Positions 59,487-64,000 of a stretch of DNA of 64,000 bases are shown here, piece by piece. Under the pieces are notes generated by a model that did no database searches, was not told the DNA's origin, and worked only from the letters and a program-made list of their open reading frames with translations. Source of the stretch: Candidatus Elulimicrobium sp. (GTDB lineage Bacteria; Omnitrophota; Gorgyraeia; Zapsychrales; Fredricksoniimonadaceae); the NCBI GenBank assembly GCA_020720365.1, contig DYOU01000001.1:32459-96458 (forward strand), in the 5' to 3' direction. Made by a program: the position numbers and the translations under genes. Position 1 is the first letter of the stretch; each line of letters opens with the position of its first letter.

Positions 59487-61786
59487 AGATGGAAACAGAT
59501 ATTGCCATTCAATTAAAGAATGTTTTTGAGAATTATGAAATTGAAATAAAGACGGATGAAAAAGTGATCCGTGAGAGATATTCAGTTCTGAATGATATTT
59601 CATTGACGGTAAAAAAAGGTGAATGCCTGGCTGTCATTGGAGCTAACGGAGCGGGCAAGTCAACGATTTTGAGGATTATTGCGGGTCTCCTGAAGCCTGA
59701 AAAAGGTGAAGTTACGGTGAACGGCCGGGTGGGCAGCCTCCTGGATCTGGGAGCGGGATTTCATCCCGAGTTGACAGGCAGGGATAATTTGCGTTTGAAC
59801 GCGAGTCTGTACAATTTTAACCGGAATGAGTTTGAAGCAAAGTATGAAGAGATCCTGAAGTTCGCTGATATTGGCAAGTTTATTGATGTGCCGGTGCGTT
59901 GCTATTCGCAAGGCATGTATGTGCGTTTAGCGTTCAGTTTGGCTATTCATGTTGATCCGGACATTCTTTTGATCGATGATTGCCTTTCTGTTGGGGATGA
60001 TAATTTTCAGTTAAAAAGCATGGATAAAGCGCTGGAGTTAAAGAGCAAGAATAAAACCATTATCTTTGTTACACATAATTTCAGTTTGGCAAGACAGTTG
60101 TGTGAACGTTGTATTTATATTAAAGATCATCAGATCGTTCAAGATGCCGCTCTGGAAGAGGTTGTGTCAACGTATTTGGCACCGTCCAAGATCGATAAAG
60201 AGCAGTATCATTATTTAAGCGCCAAGATCCATGAAATAGAAAGTTACGAGGAAAGTCAGGAAGCAAAGCGGCAACAGCAGGAACAAGAACGAAGAAGGTC
60301 TGAAGAAGAGGCGGCATTCAATGAAATGATGGGGCGTCGGCAGTTGGAAGAAGAAATTTTCCAGAAAGCGCTGAGTGAGCGGCGCAAAGCCGAGGAGATT
60401 GCGTGGGGGCAGGCCGTGGCAGCACGGCGCGCGGAAGAAGAAGAGTTATGGAGAAATGAAGTGGCAGCGCGGCGCGAGGCGGAAAGAGATCGGGAGTTAT
60501 TAAAGAAGAATCACCAGAGAACGAAAGAGGTTTCTTTGTATGCGGGAGCGCTTAAGTTGGCCGTTGCTCCTTCACAAATCAGATTGTTATGTGATCATGT
60601 GAATGTGATACGCAATGCGGGCATTCAGACGCTCTTTCTAAAAGATAATATATTGGTTTGTTCCGCAACGGCCGAATGGCGGATAAAGAAGATCTCTGAA
60701 GCGCAGATCGCCTGTTTCTTAAGGTGGCCGGGATTGGAGGGCGTGGTACAGCGCTGGCATTTCATTCGTTTGGAGAATGGGGTTACAGGGCTTTGCATTT
60801 CCATGAGAGTTGCGGCATCCGTTTGTATTGAGAATGAACGTGTGGAATTCTGGCCGAATACAACAGGTGGAGTTCTGGAGGATGCTCAATGGGGCAATAA
60901 GTCCAGGTTTGTATTTTTGGGGGATCAGGGTAAAGTGCAGGTTGAAACATATCAAGATGATTGTGTTTCCGGTTCGGTTGATCAGGATGATGGTCGTCGT
61001 GTACCATATTTCTTAAAAACATGTGCTGATACTATTCTGAGTCCGGAACGAGCATCCTATCGGAAAGTTGTCTTTAATGGCGGTATCTTTCTTGGAGACA
61101 AGAGCGCTGAAAAGCGTCCGATGGTTCTGGAAAGAAGAATCTTGAGATCAGAAAATCTTGCGGTTGATTTTCAGGAGGGATGTTGTCAGATCATTTTGGG
61201 TGAGAAAGTAATAACAACCGGATTAGGTCTTTATACATCTGTTTTCTCACACGGTCTTTGGCGGGACTCAACGCAGGCTAAATGGAAGGTGGTATCTTTT
61301 TCAGGGAATAAGTTGACTGTAAGAGGGGCTTGGCCATGGATGCCTGTTATTCAGGAATGGCAGGTTGAGATCGCAGGGCAAAACAGGATCTTGTTAAATG
61401 TAAGAATGAAGATATTAAAAGATATCATGATCGATATGCAGGAGACGGTGTTGATGTTGCCGCAGGAGTATTCATCATGGAGCGATGGGAATGTATTTCA
61501 AAGATTCTCAGAAAATATGACCAGTGATGATTTCTTCAGACTTTGTTCCTTGATAAAGGAAGCGGATGGATCGGCTTCTGTTTCTGTTAAAGGAGAGGGT
61601 TTGCCGGAGATCAATTTTAAACCAGGTTTTATACAGGGGCATCGAATGATCGTTGAGAATTCAGCGCATATTTACAAGACGCAGGCTCGTCTTATGCATT
61701 GTTTAAAGGGATATCAGAAGGAAAAGGGAAGCGTTAAGGCCGGGGAAATGGATTTTTTTAAAGGGATTCTTACTATTAATAATTAG
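59483..61786 (+). CDS. wzt: Polysaccharide ABC exporter ATPase Wzt with long C-terminal extension
   Basis: GANGAGKST, GFHPELTGRDN, YSQGM, VTH; about 520 extra C-terminal aa. Confidence 0.88.
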   Translation: MKMETDIAIQLKNVFENYEIEIKTDEKVIRERYSVLNDISLTVKKGECLAVIGANGAGKSTILRIIAGLLKPEKGEVTVNGRVGSLLDLGAGFHPELTGRDNLRLNASLYNFNRNEFEAKYEEILKFADIGKFIDVPVRCYSQGMYVRLAFSLAIHVDPDILLIDDCLSVGDDNFQLKSMDKALELKSKNKTIIFVTHNFSLARQLCERCIYIKDHQIVQDAALEEVVSTYLAPSKIDKEQYHYLSAKIHEIESYEESQEAKRQQQEQERRRSEEEAAFNEMMGRRQLEEEIFQKALSERRKAEEIAWGQAVAARRAEEEELWRNEVAARREAERDRELLKKNHQRTKEVSLYAGALKLAVAPSQIRLLCDHVNVIRNAGIQTLFLKDNILVCSATAEWRIKKISEAQIACFLRWPGLEGVVQRWHFIRLENGVTGLCISMRVAASVCIENERVEFWPNTTGGVLEDAQWGNKSRFVFLGDQGKVQVETYQDDCVSGSVDQDDGRRVPYFLKTCADTILSPERASYRKVVFNGGIFLGDKSAEKRPMVLERRILRSENLAVDFQEGCCQIILGEKVITTGLGLYTSVFSHGLWRDSTQAKWKVVSFSGNKLTVRGAWPWMPVIQEWQVEIAGQNRILLNVRMKILKDIMIDMQETVLMLPQEYSSWSDGNVFQRFSENMTSDDFFRLCSLIKEADGSASVSVKGEGLPEINFKPGFIQGHRMIVENSAHIYKTQARLMHCLKGYQKEKGSVKAGEMDFFKGILTINN

Positions 61787-61796
61787 GAGGGCAGGT

Positions 61797-62093
61797 ATGA
61801 GGACGGCATTAATGTTAAAGAACTCAGCGCATTTTATTTTGTTGGCAGGTATGATTATGGCCATTTATTTCTTTCCTGTTAATACGTTTCAGTTCTGGTG
61901 TGTGATCGGCCTGACGGGAGTATTGTGGTTGATCGTAAGGCTTTTGGCTAATATAGGCCAGCTTGTATATGAAATGCGTCATGAGTCAGGTCGGTCTTTG
62001 GCGAATATGGAGCGTTCTCTCCATCAGATCAATGCTACGTTGCAGGAAATGAGGGATTCTATTGATTCCAAAGGAGCCAAGGACGCTGCATGA
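61797..62093 (+). CDS. Small 2-TM hypothetical protein
   Basis: SD AGGAGG; ATGA-coupled to the next gene. Confidence 0.7.
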   Translation: MRTALMLKNSAHFILLAGMIMAIYFFPVNTFQFWCVIGLTGVLWLIVRLLANIGQLVYEMRHESGRSLANMERSLHQINATLQEMRDSIDSKGAKDAA

Positions 62094-64000
62094 AGATCGT
62101 ATTGGTTAATTTACCATGGAAAAGAAAAGGCTTATGGGGTGTGCGGGCCGGTTCAAGGTGGCCGCATATTAAGAGTGCATTGGAGAAGGATTATTCCCCC
62201 TTTCCGTTCTTTATGGCTTATGCGGGGTCTTTGTTAAAACGGGAAGGGTTTGAGGTTGAGGTGATCGATTCTTTGGCCCAACAATTACCTCTTGGCCGAT
62301 TACTTAAGCTTTTGAATGATAGTCAACCGGACTTATTAGTTGCGGAAACATCAACGCCATCGTTGGCGAATGATCTGGCTATCCTGCAGAAACTGCCGCA
62401 AGGGTTGGCGGTGGCTTTATGCGGACCGGAGATCAATATTCGTGACGGACAATTTCTGGCGAGACATCCGCGTATTACATACGCGTTTGTGGGGGAGTAT
62501 GAATATACACTTCTGGAATTGGCGCAACGTTTAAAAGCCAGGCAGGATCTGGCCGGTTTATGTGGTTTGATCTATATGAATAACGGGGTGTGTCAAACAA
62601 ATCCGGCGAGGCCTTTGCGCGAGGATCTGGATGATCTGCCATGGCCTTTAAGGGATGGGCTGCCGATGGAAAAGTATAAGGATACTCCCGGAGGGATCCC
62701 TTCCCCCAGTGTTCAGATGTGGTCGTCACGGGGGTGTCCGTATCATTGTTTATTTTGCAGTTGGCCGCAGTTGATGTATCAAAGTCATCGCTACAGGACG
62801 CGTAATGTGATCGATATAGTGGATGAGATGGAATATCTTGTGACTGTAAAGGGTTTCAAGTCGGTTTATTTTGATGATGATACGATGAATATTGGCAAGT
62901 TACGCATGATGGTATTGGCGAATGAGATTAAACGCAGAGATCTGAATGTGCCTTGGGCGATGATGGCGCGGGCGGATTTGATGGAAGAGGATGTTTTGGA
63001 AAATCTGCGCGCGGCCGGATTAACGGCTGTGAAATATGGAGTAGAGTCAGGCAATCAAACGCTTGTTGATCGGAGTAATAAGAAACTGGACCTTCAGAAA
63101 CTTGAACGTATGGTTCGTTTTACCAAATCCCTTGGAATTAAAACGCATTTAACGTTTACTTTCGGGCTTCCGGGAGAGACGCAAGCGACGATTCAACAGA
63201 CAATTGACTTTGCAAAAGAGCTGGATCCTGACTCACTTCAGTTTTCGATCACAACGGCATTCCCGGGAACACAATATTTTAATGAATTGGAAACATGCGG
63301 GCATATTGTTTCAAAAGACCTTAAAGATTATGACGGGAGTTCCAGGGCGATGCTGCGAACGGATTCTTTAAGCGCCGGAGATTTGCGGAGAGCGAAACAG
63401 CTGGCGGATAAAGCCTGGCAGATGCATGTATGGAGGACCAGACCGCAGGCAAGAACCACAGAAGGTTTGCTTGGGAGATCTATCAGGAACATTAAGGATT
63501 ACGGTTTTCAGTCGTTTTTATCAAGAGGAAGTTTGTTTCTCAGGCATCGGTTTCGGATGCCAAAGTTTGAGCGGATCAATAAATTCTTGAGTTTTGACTG
63601 GCGAATAACGTTGGCACGCCCATTGGGTCAGTGGGAGAAAATAAAGAAGAATGTGTTGAATTTAATGGGTGTGCAGCATGGTTCGTATGCTTTTAAAGGG
63701 CCGGACTGTGTCCAGATCGATCTCACCAGTAATTGTAATAATAATTGTGTGAGTTGCTGGTGTAACTCTCCACTCCTGCAGGCGCGGGCGTATAAAGGCG
63801 TGAAAAAGTACAAGACATTGCCGACACAGCTTGTTCTTTCTTTGATTGATGACCTTGTCGAGATGGGTACAGGCGAGCTTTATTTCTCCGGCGGAGGAGA
63901 GCCTTTTATGCATCCGGATATCATGACTATTATGGCTCATGCCAAAGCGCGCGGCGCATATTGTTGTATTAATACGAACTTTACACTTGTTAATGAAGAA
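62090..64000 (+). CDS. B12-binding radical SAM protein fused to a second radical SAM domain, truncated at right edge
   Basis: Not in track. Manual translation: RAGSRWPH, SRGCPYHCLFC, FDDD, YGVESG, FGLPGET, then IDLTSNCNNNCVSCW, FSGGGEPF in the same frame. Confidence 0.88.
   Translation, partial: MKIVLVNLPWKRKGLWGVRAGSRWPHIKSALEKDYSPFPFFMAYAGSLLKREGFEVEVIDSLAQQLPLGRLLKLLNDSQPDLLVAETSTPSLANDLAILQKLPQGLAVALCGPEINIRDGQFLARHPRITYAFVGEYEYTLLELAQRLKARQDLAGLCGLIYMNNGVCQTNPARPLREDLDDLPWPLRDGLPMEKYKDTPGGIPSPSVQMWSSRGCPYHCLFCSWPQLMYQSHRYRTRNVIDIVDEMEYLVTVKGFKSVYFDDDTMNIGKLRMMVLANEIKRRDLNVPWAMMARADLMEEDVLENLRAAGLTAVKYGVESGNQTLVDRSNKKLDLQKLERMVRFTKSLGIKTHLTFTFGLPGETQATIQQTIDFAKELDPDSLQFSITTAFPGTQYFNELETCGHIVSKDLKDYDGSSRAMLRTDSLSAGDLRRAKQLADKAWQMHVWRTRPQARTTEGLLGRSIRNIKDYGFQSFLSRGSLFLRHRFRMPKFERINKFLSFDWRITLARPLGQWEKIKKNVLNLMGVQHGSYAFKGPDCVQIDLTSNCNNNCVSCWCNSPLLQARAYKGVKKYKTLPTQLVLSLIDDLVEMGTGELYFSGGGEPFMHPDIMTIMAHAKARGAYCCINTNFTLVNEE

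Noticed and set aside
62340-63940. Short ORFs near the right edge
   Set aside because: Alternate frames of the radical SAM CDS starting at 62090
1-64000. CRISPR array, tRNA/rRNA, transposase, integrase, prophage or defence system
   Set aside because: None seen by eye; intergenic gaps are short and repeats lie within coding sequence. tRNAscan-SE and Infernal were not run.

Overview
Gene-dense bacterial chromosomal window, almost all on the + strand. Gene content suggests a diderm PVC-related organism such as Ca. Omnitrophota; this is inference only. Left to right it carries: GT-C-like membrane proteins and a nucleotide-sugar block; rlmB and an HD hydrolase; a PAS-PAS hybrid histidine kinase with a free Hpt; DAHP synthase, ferritin and an aminotransferase; a translation block (TrmH, RluB, ABC-F, stand-alone Smr); hemW and ydbH-ynbE-ydbL; a purine operon (purB, C, L, LOG, Q, M, D, E); a tsaC-phosphatase fusion, rpiB, glyA, nrdR, CCA enzyme and a macro-like/NUDIX fusion; miaA-hflX; a heat-shock region (MerR/HspR-like regulator, damaged Hsp20, ClpB lacking its N-domain, MORN protein, hrcA-grpE-dnaK-dnaJ, two CIRCE elements); and a surface-polysaccharide cluster (epimerases, GTs, ligase, WecA-like, Wzm/Wzt, dual radical SAM). 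The most notable feature is a pair of tiny Lys-rich peptide genes (22 and 28 aa), one absent from the ORF track and one only seen there over-extended, each with its own promoter, RBS and terminator. Other highlights: a Thermoplasmata-like DnaK, a Wzt with a 15-aa repeat helix, and anti-SD sequences inside promoter spacers. No rRNA, tRNA, CRISPR array or mobile element was seen. All calls come from reading the sequence; no searches were run.
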